From Bacteroidales bacterium (lineage in GTDB: Bacteria; Bacteroidota; Bacteroidia; Bacteroidales; UBA12077), in the NCBI GenBank assembly GCA_019038645.1, contig JAHOYT010000017.1, positions 15,039-79,038 on the forward strand: 64,000 nucleotides of DNA, given 5' to 3'. The translations under genes and the position numbers were made by a program. The notes under the pieces were generated by a model. The model was not told where the DNA came from. It ran no database searches and was given only the letters and a program-made list of their open reading frames with translations. Position 1 is the first letter of the stretch. Each line of letters opens with the position of its first letter. Positions 50,353-60,517 of the stretch are shown in pieces.

Positions 50353-52509
50353 ATGAAGACTTATCAAACTGATAAAATCAGGAATATCGCTTTGATTGGT
50401 AATGCGGGGTCTGGTAAGACCTCGATGGCTGAAGCGATGCTCTTTGAAGGTGGTATTATAGATCGTAAAGGAACTATAAACGGAAAGAATACAGCATCTG
50501 ACTATAACGAAATTGAACAAGAAAATTTAAACTCTGTATTTTCAACTGTTTTATATACAGAATTTAACGATCACAAAATTAATATTATCGACACTCCTGG
50601 TGCTGATGATTTTATTGGTGGAGTTATATCTTCTTTTTCAGCTACTGATCTGGCAGTTATGTTAATTAATGCACAAAATGGAGTTGAAGTCGGAACAGAA
50701 ATTCTGAACAGACATTGCAACAAGTACAACAAACCATTAATGCTAATTTTCAACAAACTTGACCACGAGGGTGCTAATTTTGAAAAATCTCTGGAAGCTG
50801 TAAAAACAACATTTGGTTCTAAAGCCGTAGTTGTACAATACCCAGTATCAAGCGGGACGGATTTTAATGCTATTATCGATGTATTATTGATGAAAATGTA
50901 TAAATTCAATGCTGCAGGTGAAAGAGAAATACTGGAGATTCCTGATGATCAGAAAGATATTGCTGAAGAATTACATAATGCTTTAGTTGAAGCTGCTGCT
51001 GAGAATGATGAGCAATTAATGGAATTGTTTTTTGAAAAAGGTTCTCTTGACGAAAATGAAATGAGAAAAGGAATTACTGCAGGTTTAATAACCCGTGGTA
51101 TGTTTCCTGTTTTTTGTACTTCGGCAGAAAAGAATTTTGGAGTAAAAAGAGTTTTAGAATTCATCACTAATGTTGCGCCTTCTCCTGAAATGATGCCTGC
51201 ATCTGTTACAGAAGGAGGTAAAGAAATTGAATGCAAAGAAAACGGAGATACTAATATTTTTGTTTTTAAGACAGCAAACGAATCTCACATTGGTGAGATT
51301 AACTATTTTAAAGTTAATTCTGGTACTGTTAGTGAAGGACTGGATTTAAACAACAACTCATCTGAAACTAAAGAAAGATTATCTCAGTTATTTATTGTAG
51401 CTGGTAAAAACAGAACAAAAGTTTCTAAATTAGTTGCTGGCGATATTGGTGCTGCAGTAAAACTTAAAAATACAAAAACCAATCAAACCTTATCTAATGC
51501 AAAAGACAAAGTTCTGTTCCCTGAAATTTCATTTTTAAATTCAAAATACAGAACGGCTATTAAAGCAGTTAATGAATCTGATGATGAAAAGTTAGGTGAA
51601 GCATTAGGTAGAATACGCGAAGCCGATCCAACTATTGGAATTGAATATTCGAAAGAACTAAAACAGATTATTCTTTCAGGACAAGGTGAATATCATATAA
51701 ATAACATGATAAAATGGCATCTTGATAATGTTTATAATATTGAATCTGAGTTTTTAGCTCCTAAGATTCCATACAGAGAAACAATTACAAAAATTGCCGG
51801 ATCAAGCTACAGACATAAAAAACAATCAGGAGGTTCTGGTCAGTTTGGTGAAGTTCATATGGTTATTGAGCCATATAAAGAAAACATGCCGGATCCAACA
51901 AGTTACAAAATTAATGGTAAAGAGTTCAAGGTTTCTGTTAGAAATAAAGAAGAGTATGCATTACCCTGGGGTGGTAAATTAATTTATTATAATTGTATTG
52001 TTGGTGGTGCGATTGATGCACGTTTTTTACCTGCTATCTTAAAAGGTATTATGGAAAAGATGGAAGAAGGACCATTAACAGGCTCATATGCACGTGACAT
52101 AAAAGTTGCTGTTTATGATGGCAAGATGCACCCTGTTGATTCAAATGAAATTTCGTTTAAACTAGCTGGTCGTCATGCATTCAAAGCAGCTTTTAAAGAA
52201 GCAGGACCGAAAATTATGGAACCAATTTACGATATTGAAGTTTTAGTTCCTTCTGACAGGATGGGTGACGTAATGAGTGATTTACAAGGACGTCGTGCAA
52301 TGATTGAGGGTATGAACTCTGATAAAGGTTTTGAGAAACTTAATGCAAAAGTGCCGTTAGCTGAATTAAATAAATATTCGACTGCACTTAGTTCGTTAAG
52401 TGGTGGTAGAGCAACTTATACAATGCAGTTTGCAAAATACGAACAGGTACCTATGGATGTTCAGGAAAAACTGATAAAAACATTCGAGAAAGAAGAAGAT
52501 GAAGAATAG
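50353..52509 (+). CDS. Elongation factor G paralog (EF-G2-like) lacking the catalytic histidine
   Basis: Colinear with FusA across all five domains. G1 is GNAGSGKTS, G3 is DTPGADDF (Ala84, codon 50602..50604), G4 is NKLD and G5 is SAEK. Confidence 0.9.
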   Translation: MKTYQTDKIRNIALIGNAGSGKTSMAEAMLFEGGIIDRKGTINGKNTASDYNEIEQENLNSVFSTVLYTEFNDHKINIIDTPGADDFIGGVISSFSATDLAVMLINAQNGVEVGTEILNRHCNKYNKPLMLIFNKLDHEGANFEKSLEAVKTTFGSKAVVVQYPVSSGTDFNAIIDVLLMKMYKFNAAGEREILEIPDDQKDIAEELHNALVEAAAENDEQLMELFFEKGSLDENEMRKGITAGLITRGMFPVFCTSAEKNFGVKRVLEFITNVAPSPEMMPASVTEGGKEIECKENGDTNIFVFKTANESHIGEINYFKVNSGTVSEGLDLNNNSSETKERLSQLFIVAGKNRTKVSKLVAGDIGAAVKLKNTKTNQTLSNAKDKVLFPEISFLNSKYRTAIKAVNESDDEKLGEALGRIREADPTIGIEYSKELKQIILSGQGEYHINNMIKWHLDNVYNIESEFLAPKIPYRETITKIAGSSYRHKKQSGGSGQFGEVHMVIEPYKENMPDPTSYKINGKEFKVSVRNKEEYALPWGGKLIYYNCIVGGAIDARFLPAILKGIMEKMEEGPLTGSYARDIKVAVYDGKMHPVDSNEISFKLAGRHAFKAAFKEAGPKIMEPIYDIEVLVPSDRMGDVMSDLQGRRAMIEGMNSDKGFEKLNAKVPLAELNKYSTALSSLSGGRATYTMQFAKYEQVPMDVQEKLIKTFEKEEDEE

Positions 52510-52534
52510 ATATTATATATAATATGCTATATCG

Positions 52535-52566
52535 AAAAAGCAGGATCAATTGATCCTGCTTTTTTT
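52535..52566. terminator. Bidirectional intrinsic terminator
   Basis: Palindrome aaaaagcaggatc-aatt-gatcctgcttttt lying between convergent genes. Confidence 0.7.
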
Positions 52567-52578
52567 ATTTTATAAGTG

Positions 52579-53979
52579 TTACCTATACAGCCTTAAAATA
52601 CCAAACTGACCAGAACCAGATGTTTCTGTTGTTTCTTCTGTAGTTGTAGAGTTTTCCTTAGCAGAGGCTTTTTTGAAAGTATTATTATTATATTCTACAT
52701 TATCCCATCCTTTTACCTCAACAACAAAGAAATAATTCCCCTCCGGCGCATCGCTGCTACTATCTTTTATTTTACCATTCCAACCTTCCCAGTCACGAAC
52801 ATCGCCTTCAAATTCATGAGCAAGCTGCCCGACACGATTAAATATAGTTATTTTAAAAATTCTGATTGACTGATAATCAGTTAATACAAAAACATCATTA
52901 GTTCCATCATCATTCGGCGTAAATACATTAGGAAATTCTATGACGGAAGGTTCAATATTAATTTCCAGTGTAATAGAATCCTTACAGCCATATTCGCTTT
53001 CGCTAATAAGTTTTAGAGTATATGTTTTACCGGTATCTGCTGTATAATAATAAGTATGCTCTGGCTCTAGAAGAAAATCAGATGTAACTATTGTATCGAC
53101 ATCGTTATTCCAGAGAGTGTCTCCAAAAAACCAGGTATAGTTCTGTCCATTTTCTGAATCATTAGTAAACTTCGCAAGTAATGGTGCAGGACCAGTAATT
53201 TCATTGTCGTTATTTCCGGATTCAAGAAGCTCTTCTGTTCTTTCGTCCATACTCTGCCATAAAAGCTTTGCCCTTGTTTCAATAGCCGTATAATCAATAT
53301 CGTCTTCAATCTGACATCCGAATCTATCTGTGGTTACAATCGAAAAAATAGTGTTTTTCGTTGGCAAATCAAACATGCTTGTAAAGGGTGCGTTATAACT
53401 AATGAATCCCAGCCAGTCACTATTGTCATGTGACCATTCATATAGGTCCACTTTGTTTTTAAACACAGAATATTCTGCATTTAAAGAATCAAAATAACTA
53501 AAGCTTGTATTAAAATAAGTTGTTGTAGTATATACCGGATCTACCCATATTCCAAGATAATCACATTCGTTACTTGCATCAAATCTTAAGTCTGCCGTTA
53601 GTTCATCGCCAATATAAACCCATGCAACATATGTTTGTGCAGGAACAACATTAGTAAGAGTAACCATATACCCTCCGCGACTAAGACCCGTTATTGTAGA
53701 AATGCTATCTCCGGACTCAACGTTACCACTGCCAAGAACATCTGTAAAATCTTCGTCTCCTTCGCTGAATTTATACCATGCAAAATCATAACCACCGTTA
53801 CCTGTTGAATCTTTTACAGTTAAACTTCCTCCATTTACATCGTCGGTACAAAAAACAAAAACATAATCACTATCAGAATATTCTGTTGCTTCATTAAAAT
53901 CTGCTTCAGAACTAATCTGCGAATATCCGTTCAGACCAAAAAAAACTATAATTAAAAATAATAAATACCTCAGGTTCAT
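52579..53979 (-). CDS. Secreted protein with PKD-like domain and T9SS type-B (gliding-motility-associated) C-terminal sorting domain
   Basis: Signal peptide, and the hallmark FPNVFTPNDDGTNDVF followed by GNYFFVVEV near the C-terminus. Confidence 0.8.
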   Translation of the reverse strand: MNLRYLLFLIIVFFGLNGYSQISSEADFNEATEYSDSDYVFVFCTDDVNGGSLTVKDSTGNGGYDFAWYKFSEGDEDFTDVLGSGNVESGDSISTITGLSRGGYMVTLTNVVPAQTYVAWVYIGDELTADLRFDASNECDYLGIWVDPVYTTTTYFNTSFSYFDSLNAEYSVFKNKVDLYEWSHDNSDWLGFISYNAPFTSMFDLPTKNTIFSIVTTDRFGCQIEDDIDYTAIETRAKLLWQSMDERTEELLESGNNDNEITGPAPLLAKFTNDSENGQNYTWFFGDTLWNNDVDTIVTSDFLLEPEHTYYYTADTGKTYTLKLISESEYGCKDSITLEINIEPSVIEFPNVFTPNDDGTNDVFVLTDYQSIRIFKITIFNRVGQLAHEFEGDVRDWEGWNGKIKDSSSDAPEGNYFFVVEVKGWDNVEYNNNTFKKASAKENSTTTEETTETSGSGQFGILRLYR

Positions 53980-54225
53980 TGTATAATATATTTCTGTTTC
54001 CGGTAGTTTCGGAAACTACAATAATAACAATTATCATTCAATAAAATTGTATGGATAATCCGTTTTTTGATTTGATTACAAAAATCGCCATTAATTAATC
54101 ACAAAGAAATTTAATCCTGGATTTGTGAATAAATACTTTCAGACAATCTTGCTTCGACAGATAATAGAATATACTTTTACAGCTTTAAAAATCTTAAAAA
54201 ATAACCACAGAAAAGAATTTTTATA

Positions 54226-56547
54226 GTGTACGATTACTTGCAGGATTTGAATGAAGCGCAAAAAAAAGCCGTAACCGATTTTAAGGGAGCATCTCTTGTT
54301 ATTGCTGGTGCAGGATCAGGAAAAACACGAGTTTTAACTTACAGAATTACACATTTACTTGCAAATGGAATTCCGGCACATAATATACTGGCATTAACAT
54401 TTACAAATAAGGCTGCGGCAGAAATGAAATCGCGTATTGCCAAAATTGTTGGAAGCGATATAGCCAGATATTTATGGATGGGGACTTTTCACTCTGTTTT
54501 TGCCAGAATATTAAGAATGGAATCAGAAAGTCTTGGTTACACTTCGAATTATACCATATACGACACTATCGATTCTAAAAATCTTGTAAAAAAAATTATT
54601 AAAGAACTCGGTCTTGATGATAAAACATATAAGCCCAATGAAATTTATGGGAGAATTTCGAGCGCAAAAAACAATTTATTAACCGCAAAAGCATACAGTA
54701 ACAATCAACAAATAATAATTCAGGATCAAAAGAATAAAAAACCACGAATAACAGAAATTTATACGATTTATTCGAACAGATGCAAAAAAGCTGACGCAAT
54801 GGATTTTGATGATCTGCTTTTAAATACCAATATCTTATTTCGTGATCACCCTGAAATTCTGGAGAAATATCAGGAAAAATACAAATATATTCTGGTTGAT
54901 GAGTACCAGGATACTAATTTTGCTCAATACCTTATAATAAATAAGCTAAGTGCTAAAAACAAAAATATTTGTGTTGTTGGCGATGATGCTCAAAGTATTT
55001 ATGCCTTTCGCGGTGCAAAGATTGAAAACATTCTGAATTTTAGAAATGATTACCCTGATTACAAACTATATAAACTAGAGCAGAATTACAGATCAACAAA
55101 AATAATAGTCGAAGCTGCTAATAGTCTGATAAAAAAGAATAAGGAGCAAATTGCTAAAAACATATACTCTAAAAATGCCGAAGGCGATAAAATTCTGGTT
55201 ATTGAAGCAGAAACTGATAAAGACGAAGCTTTTAGAACTGCCGGAATAATTCAGGATGTTTCTCAGGAAAAAGGATGTGATTTTAAGGATTTTGCAATCC
55301 TATACAGAACCAATGCACAATCAAGAAGCTTTGAGGAAGCTTTAAGAAGATTTAGTATTCCCTATAAAGTTTATGGTGGAATTTCGTTTTACCAGCGTAA
55401 AGAAATTAAGGATATTCTGGCATATTTCCGTTTAGCTGTTAATCAAAAAGATGATGGAGCCTTATTACGTATTATTAATTATCCGACCAGGGGAATAGGG
55501 CAAACTACAGTTTCGCGTATTGAAGAATATGCCGGACACAAAAATAAAAACTTACTAGAAGCACTAAACGGGATCGAGAATGTTCAGATTGGCCTTAACT
55601 CCGGAGCCATAAATAAATTAGTTAAATTCAGAGCATTAATCCAAAAATTTGCTGAAGATATAAAAAGCCTTGATGCATATGATGCTGCAATGGGTATTGC
55701 CATGGAATCCGGAATAATAAAGGCGCTGAAAAATCCCGAGTCTCATGAAGAACTTACAAAATTTGAAAATATTGAAGAGTTATTAAACGGTATTAAAGAA
55801 TTTGTCGACGAGAATGAATCATCTGATGATTTTCCTTCTTTAACCAGGTATATGGAAAATGTTGCTTTGTTAACTAATCTGGATAATGAAAAAGATGACG
55901 ATTTTAATAAAGTAACAATTATGACAGTTCATTCGGCAAAAGGTCTGGAATTTAAACATGTTTTCTTAGTTGGTCTGGAAGAAGATTTGTTCCCTTCTTC
56001 AATGTCATCCTCAACACAAAAAGAACTTGAAGAAGAACGAAGACTGTTTTATGTAGCCTTAACCAGAGCAGAAGAATCAGCCACGATCTCTTATGCTAAC
56101 GAAAGATATAAATGGGGAATTCCAACGAGTTGCAGACCAAGCAGATTTATTAAGGAAATTGACGAAAAATTTCTGGAATTACCGGATTCTTTTAACGAAG
56201 AATCTAATATGTCATTTAATGAAAATGATTTTTTTAAATCCCCGGCAAAACCAAAATTTGAAAGAAAAAAATCAGGAACTAATACTACCGTTCCTGTTAT
56301 TAATAAAAGGCTTGTTAAGCTTAGCGAAGCACAGCGCAAACAAGCTTCTTCGGGAAATGAAAATATTACACCTGACAATCCTTTATTAATTAAAGAAGGA
56401 CAAATTGTAAAACATGCTAAATTTGGTTTAGGCGAAGTATTAAGGATTGAAGGGTCGGAACCAAACAAAAAGGCAAAAGTAAATTTTGAAGCGGTTGGCG
56501 AAAAACAGCTTTTGCTTAAATTTGCCAAATTACAGATCATATCATAA
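54226..56547 (+). CDS. ATP-dependent DNA helicase, UvrD/PcrA family
   Basis: GTG start. Carries helicase motifs AGAGSGKTRVLT, TFTNKAA, DEYQDTN, VGDDAQSIYAFRGA, YRS and TVHSAKGLEF. Confidence 0.9.
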   Translation: MYDYLQDLNEAQKKAVTDFKGASLVIAGAGSGKTRVLTYRITHLLANGIPAHNILALTFTNKAAAEMKSRIAKIVGSDIARYLWMGTFHSVFARILRMESESLGYTSNYTIYDTIDSKNLVKKIIKELGLDDKTYKPNEIYGRISSAKNNLLTAKAYSNNQQIIIQDQKNKKPRITEIYTIYSNRCKKADAMDFDDLLLNTNILFRDHPEILEKYQEKYKYILVDEYQDTNFAQYLIINKLSAKNKNICVVGDDAQSIYAFRGAKIENILNFRNDYPDYKLYKLEQNYRSTKIIVEAANSLIKKNKEQIAKNIYSKNAEGDKILVIEAETDKDEAFRTAGIIQDVSQEKGCDFKDFAILYRTNAQSRSFEEALRRFSIPYKVYGGISFYQRKEIKDILAYFRLAVNQKDDGALLRIINYPTRGIGQTTVSRIEEYAGHKNKNLLEALNGIENVQIGLNSGAINKLVKFRALIQKFAEDIKSLDAYDAAMGIAMESGIIKALKNPESHEELTKFENIEELLNGIKEFVDENESSDDFPSLTRYMENVALLTNLDNEKDDDFNKVTIMTVHSAKGLEFKHVFLVGLEEDLFPSSMSSSTQKELEEERRLFYVALTRAEESATISYANERYKWGIPTSCRPSRFIKEIDEKFLELPDSFNEESNMSFNENDFFKSPAKPKFERKKSGTNTTVPVINKRLVKLSEAQRKQASSGNENITPDNPLLIKEGQIVKHAKFGLGEVLRIEGSEPNKKAKVNFEAVGEKQLLLKFAKLQIIS

Positions 56548-56613
56548 TAAAATTATAAATCTTTGATTTCTAAATCAAAATAGACTATTTTTGCACGAAA
56601 TATTAAATAAATT

Positions 56614-57204
56614 ATGGAATATAATACCAGTAGAAAAAAACTTATCTTACCCGAATACGGAAGAAATATTCAGAGAATGGTAGACCTTGCCAAAGCTGAA
56701 ACTGACAAAAAGAAAAGAAACGAGATGGCGCAAGCCATTATTGCTATTATGGGTAACATGAATCCTCACCTGAGAGATATAGTCGATTTTAAACATAAAC
56801 TATGGGATCATCTTGCAATAATGTCAGATTTTAATCTTGATATTGATTCTCCGTACGATCTGCCTGAAATTGAAACATTAAGCGAAAAACCTGAAAAAGT
56901 GCCATACAATGCAAACGATGCGAAATTCAAGCATTATGGTAAAACTCTTGAAAAAATGGTTGATGTTGCAGTTGAAATGGAAGAGGGAGAACTAAAAACG
57001 CTCCTTATTCAACTCATTGCAAATCATATGAAAAAAAGCTATTTAACCTGGAATAAGGAAGCTGTTGCAGATGAACAAATATTTAGAGATTTAAAAATCA
57101 TTTCAAAAGGTAAGATTGATTTGAGTATTGAAAAAACAACTCTTACCGAAACAAGAGAAATATTGGCTAAGAACAAGCGCAGAAGAGTCCAAAGAAAAAA
57201 ATAA
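56614..57204 (+). CDS. DUF4290 domain-containing protein
   Basis: Conserved Bacteroidota partner gene found directly upstream of murA (LPEYGRNIQRMV...). Confidence 0.7.
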   Translation: MEYNTSRKKLILPEYGRNIQRMVDLAKAETDKKKRNEMAQAIIAIMGNMNPHLRDIVDFKHKLWDHLAIMSDFNLDIDSPYDLPEIETLSEKPEKVPYNANDAKFKHYGKTLEKMVDVAVEMEEGELKTLLIQLIANHMKKSYLTWNKEAVADEQIFRDLKIISKGKIDLSIEKTTLTETREILAKNKRRRVQRKK

Positions 57205-57228
57205 GCTGTTTTATTTAATATTAAGTCC

Positions 57229-58536
57229 ATGAGTTCATTTGTTATTAAGGGTGGTAAAAAGCTTAAAGGCGACATTTACCCTCAGGGCGCAAAAAACGAA
57301 GCACTTCAAATAATAAGCGCAATATTACTAACTCCTGAAACAGTAACTATTCATAATATTCCGGATATCAGAGATGTTAATCAGCTTATCGATTTAGTTG
57401 AAAGTATTGGAGTTAAAGTAGAAAAACTAAATGAATCATCTTATTCCTTTACTGCAAACAACATAAATTTTGATTATTTCAAAACAGATGAGTACCGAAG
57501 AAAATCTACCAGCATTCGCGGATCTATTATGATGATAGGCCCACTGTTAGCAAGGTTTGGAAAAGGCTATATTCCTAAGCCTGGTGGTGACAAAATTGGT
57601 AGAAGACGAGTAGATACGCACTTTATTGGATTCGAAAAACTTGGAGCTAAATTTGAATTCAGCCATAAAGAGAACTCTTACAAAGTAAAAGGCAAAAACC
57701 TTAGAGGAACAAAAATGCTTTTAGAAGAAGCATCTGTTACCGGTACAGCAAATATTATTATGGCTTCTGTTCTTGCGCAAGGACAAACAGAAATTTATAA
57801 TGCAGCCTGCGAACCTTACATTCAGCAATTATGCAAAATGCTTGTAAGTATGGGAGCAAAAATTTCGGGTATTGGTTCAAATCTGTTAACAATTGATGGT
57901 GTAAAAGAATTAAAAGGTTGTGAGCATACCATCTTGCCCGACATGATTGAAGTCGGTAGTTTTATCGGTCTGGCTGCAATGACAGGTTCCGAAATTACAA
58001 TAAAAAATGTCTCTTTCGAAAATCTTGGTATTATCCCGAATTCATTTAGACGGCTTGGAATACAATTTGAAAAAATTGGCGATGATATTTTTATTCCCGA
58101 ACAAAAACATTATCAGATAGAAACATTTATAGATGGATCTATTATGACGATTTCTGATGCTCCGTGGCCTGGCTTAACTCCTGACCTGTTAAGTGTAATG
58201 TTAGTAGCAGCTACACAAGCAAAAGGAAGCGTATTAATTCATCAGAAAATGTTTGAGAGCCGGTTATTTTTCGTAGACAAGTTAATTGACATGGGTGCTC
58301 AGATTATTTTATGCGATCCGCACAGAGCAACAGTTATTGGATTAAATAATCAGATTCAACTCAGAGCAACAAATATGATATCGCCTGATATTCGCGCAGG
58401 TGTCGCTTTACTTATTGCTGCATTATCGGCAGATGGAACAAGTACAATCCACAATATTGATCAGATAGACAGAGGTTATCAGAATATTGATAAAAGATTA
58501 AATGCAATCGGTGCTGACATAAAAAGAATAAATTAA
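57229..58536 (+). CDS. murA: UDP-N-acetylglucosamine 1-carboxyvinyltransferase (Asp variant at the Cys115 position)
   Basis: GAKNEAL, KPGGDKIGRRRVDTH and PGLTPDL motifs. Asp121 (codon 57589..57591) sits where E. coli Cys115 is. Confidence 0.9.
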   Translation: MSSFVIKGGKKLKGDIYPQGAKNEALQIISAILLTPETVTIHNIPDIRDVNQLIDLVESIGVKVEKLNESSYSFTANNINFDYFKTDEYRRKSTSIRGSIMMIGPLLARFGKGYIPKPGGDKIGRRRVDTHFIGFEKLGAKFEFSHKENSYKVKGKNLRGTKMLLEEASVTGTANIIMASVLAQGQTEIYNAACEPYIQQLCKMLVSMGAKISGIGSNLLTIDGVKELKGCEHTILPDMIEVGSFIGLAAMTGSEITIKNVSFENLGIIPNSFRRLGIQFEKIGDDIFIPEQKHYQIETFIDGSIMTISDAPWPGLTPDLLSVMLVAATQAKGSVLIHQKMFESRLFFVDKLIDMGAQIILCDPHRATVIGLNNQIQLRATNMISPDIRAGVALLIAALSADGTSTIHNIDQIDRGYQNIDKRLNAIGADIKRIN

Positions 58537-58566
58537 CTAAATCGTTGTCAGATTTTCAATTATACA

Positions 58567-58574
58567 TATTTTTG
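58567..58574 (+). promoter_or_regulatory. Candidate -7 promoter box (TAnnTTTG) for grpE-dnaJ
   Basis: TATTTTTG lies 92 nt upstream of the grpE ATG, with GTTG ending 19 nt upstream of it. Confidence 0.35.
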
Positions 58575-58665
58575 CGTGCCATTTTGACGTAAAAAATCCA
58601 TTTGGCAAATATTTTGATTGCAGTTTGCATGTTATAAATTAAGTACTATTTTAATTTTTTAGGGA

Positions 58666-59262
58666 ATGACAAAGAAGACAACAGCAAAAACCGGAGAAAA
58701 GAAAAATACCAAAACTTCACAGCAAAAAAAACCAACACAAAAAGGATCTAAAAAACCTGATAAGGAAGTTAAAGCTGAAAAGGAAGAAGCAAAAAAAGAG
58801 GTTCCAAAGAAAGAAGTTAAAAAAACCGACAAAGAAATCATTGCGGAGCTTAATGATAAGTATTTGCGTCTGGCTGCTGAATTTGATAATTACAGAAGAA
58901 GAACATTAAAAGAGAAAATGGAACTTAGCAAATCGGCAGGCGAAGATATATTAGTTAACATTTTACCTGTAATGGACGATTTTGAACGCGGATTGGTAAC
59001 TATAGATCAGGCTAAGGATATTAATGCTGTAAAAGAAGGAATACAATTAATACACAATAAATTTAAAGAATTCCTGAAACAACGCGGAGTAAAAGAAATT
59101 GAAGCTAAAGAAAAAGAGTTTGATACAGACTTACATGAAGCAATTACCAAAATTCCGGCACCGAACAAAAAACTAAAAGGCAAAGTGGTAGATGTTGTTG
59201 AAAAGGGATATTATTTAAATGAAAAGGTTATTCGCTTTTCGAAAGTTGTTATTGGCGAATAG
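58666..59262 (+). CDS. grpE: Nucleotide exchange factor GrpE
   Basis: Lys-rich N-terminal extension followed by the conserved GrpE core (YLRLAAEFDNYRRR...DLHEA). Confidence 0.9.
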   Translation: MTKKTTAKTGEKKNTKTSQQKKPTQKGSKKPDKEVKAEKEEAKKEVPKKEVKKTDKEIIAELNDKYLRLAAEFDNYRRRTLKEKMELSKSAGEDILVNILPVMDDFERGLVTIDQAKDINAVKEGIQLIHNKFKEFLKQRGVKEIEAKEKEFDTDLHEAITKIPAPNKKLKGKVVDVVEKGYYLNEKVIRFSKVVIGE

Positions 59263-59286
59263 TATATATACTGAAAAAAAACGAAT

Positions 59287-60456
59287 ATGTCGAAAAGAGA
59301 TTATTACGAGGTTTTAGGAATTTCAAAAGGTGCTACTCAGGAAGAAATAAAAAAAGCTTATCGTAAGAATGCAATACAATATCATCCGGATAAAAATCCC
59401 GGAGACAAAGAGGCAGAATCAAAATTCAAGGAAGCTGCTGAAGCATACGAAATTTTAAGTAATGCTGATAAGCGAAACCGTTATGATCGATACGGACATG
59501 CCGGAGTTGGTGGTGCTGCAGGCGGAGGATTTGGAGGCGGAATGTCCATGGAAGATATATTTGAAAATTTCGGGGATGTTTTCGGTAGTGCATTCGGAGG
59601 TAGTTTTGGTGGATTTGGCGGATTCGGTGGATTCGGAAATTCCCGTCAACGAGGAAGAAGAGTAAATAAAGGATCAACTTTAAGAGTTAAAGTTACTTTA
59701 ACACTGAATGATATTGCTCACGGTGTAAATAAGAAAATAAAAGTAAATAAATATATTACCTGTGATACATGTGGAGGAAACGGAGCTAAAGATTCAGCGT
59801 CATTCAGTAATTGTTCCACATGCCACGGTTCAGGCCAGGTAACGAAAGTAACAAGTACTTTTTTAGGACAAATGCAGACATCATCAATTTGTCATGTTTG
59901 TGGTGGAGAAGGAAAAATTATAACAAACAAATGTACTAAATGTCATGGCGAAGGAATGGTTAAAGATTCTGAAGTAATTTCATTAGACATACCAGCAGGA
60001 GTTGCAGAAGGAATGCAACTATCGGTTAGCGGACGAGGTAATGCCGCGCGGCGTGGTGGTGTAAACGGTGATTTGATTGTTGTTATTCATGAAGAAAAAC
60101 ATCCTGATCTGATAAGAGATGGTAATGATTTAATTTATGGCTTATACCTGAATCTTGCTGAAGCAGCTATTGGTTCTACTGTTGAGATTCCAACTGTTGA
60201 TGGCAAAGTAAAAATTAAAATAGAACCAGGAACACAGCCCGGAAAAATTCTCCGTTTACGCGGAAAAGGATTGCCGGAAGTTAATGGTTATGGTAAAGGA
60301 GACTTGCTAGTTAATATTAATGTATGGGTTCCTAAAAATTTATCGAAAGAAGAAAAGAAACAAGTTGAACAACTTGCTGCTTCTGAAAATTTTAAGCCGC
60401 AGCCAAGTTTAGATGATAAAAACTTATTTCAACGAATGAAGGGTTTCTTTGAATAA
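59287..60456 (+). CDS. dnaJ: Molecular chaperone DnaJ
   Basis: J domain with HPD, a G/F-rich region and four CxxCxGxG zinc motifs. Confidence 0.95.
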   Translation: MSKRDYYEVLGISKGATQEEIKKAYRKNAIQYHPDKNPGDKEAESKFKEAAEAYEILSNADKRNRYDRYGHAGVGGAAGGGFGGGMSMEDIFENFGDVFGSAFGGSFGGFGGFGGFGNSRQRGRRVNKGSTLRVKVTLTLNDIAHGVNKKIKVNKYITCDTCGGNGAKDSASFSNCSTCHGSGQVTKVTSTFLGQMQTSSICHVCGGEGKIITNKCTKCHGEGMVKDSEVISLDIPAGVAEGMQLSVSGRGNAARRGGVNGDLIVVIHEEKHPDLIRDGNDLIYGLYLNLAEAAIGSTVEIPTVDGKVKIKIEPGTQPGKILRLRGKGLPEVNGYGKGDLLVNINVWVPKNLSKEEKKQVEQLAASENFKPQPSLDDKNLFQRMKGFFE

Positions 60457-60479
60457 AAAATAATAACGAGAATATTTCA

Positions 60480-60514
60480 AACCTGTCAGAGTTTAAAATC
60501 CTGACAGGTTTTTT
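60480..60514. terminator. Intrinsic terminator after dnaJ (between convergent genes)
   Basis: 10-bp stem aacctgtcag / ctgacaggtt followed by a T-run. Confidence 0.7.
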
Positions 60515-60517
60515 ATT

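Noticed and set aside
53997-54017. 7-bp hairpin gtttccg-N7-cggaaac 17 nt upstream of the start of the T9SS-CTD protein gene.
   Set aside because: It is a short single stem with no conservation information, so it could be a leader structure or chance. Noted only.
58537-58665. Searched the grpE upstream region for a CIRCE element (TTAGCACTC-N9-GAGTGCTAA) or other heat-shock operator.
   Set aside because: No inverted repeat of that type is present. Only a TAnnTTTG-type box was found, reported as a low-confidence promoter.
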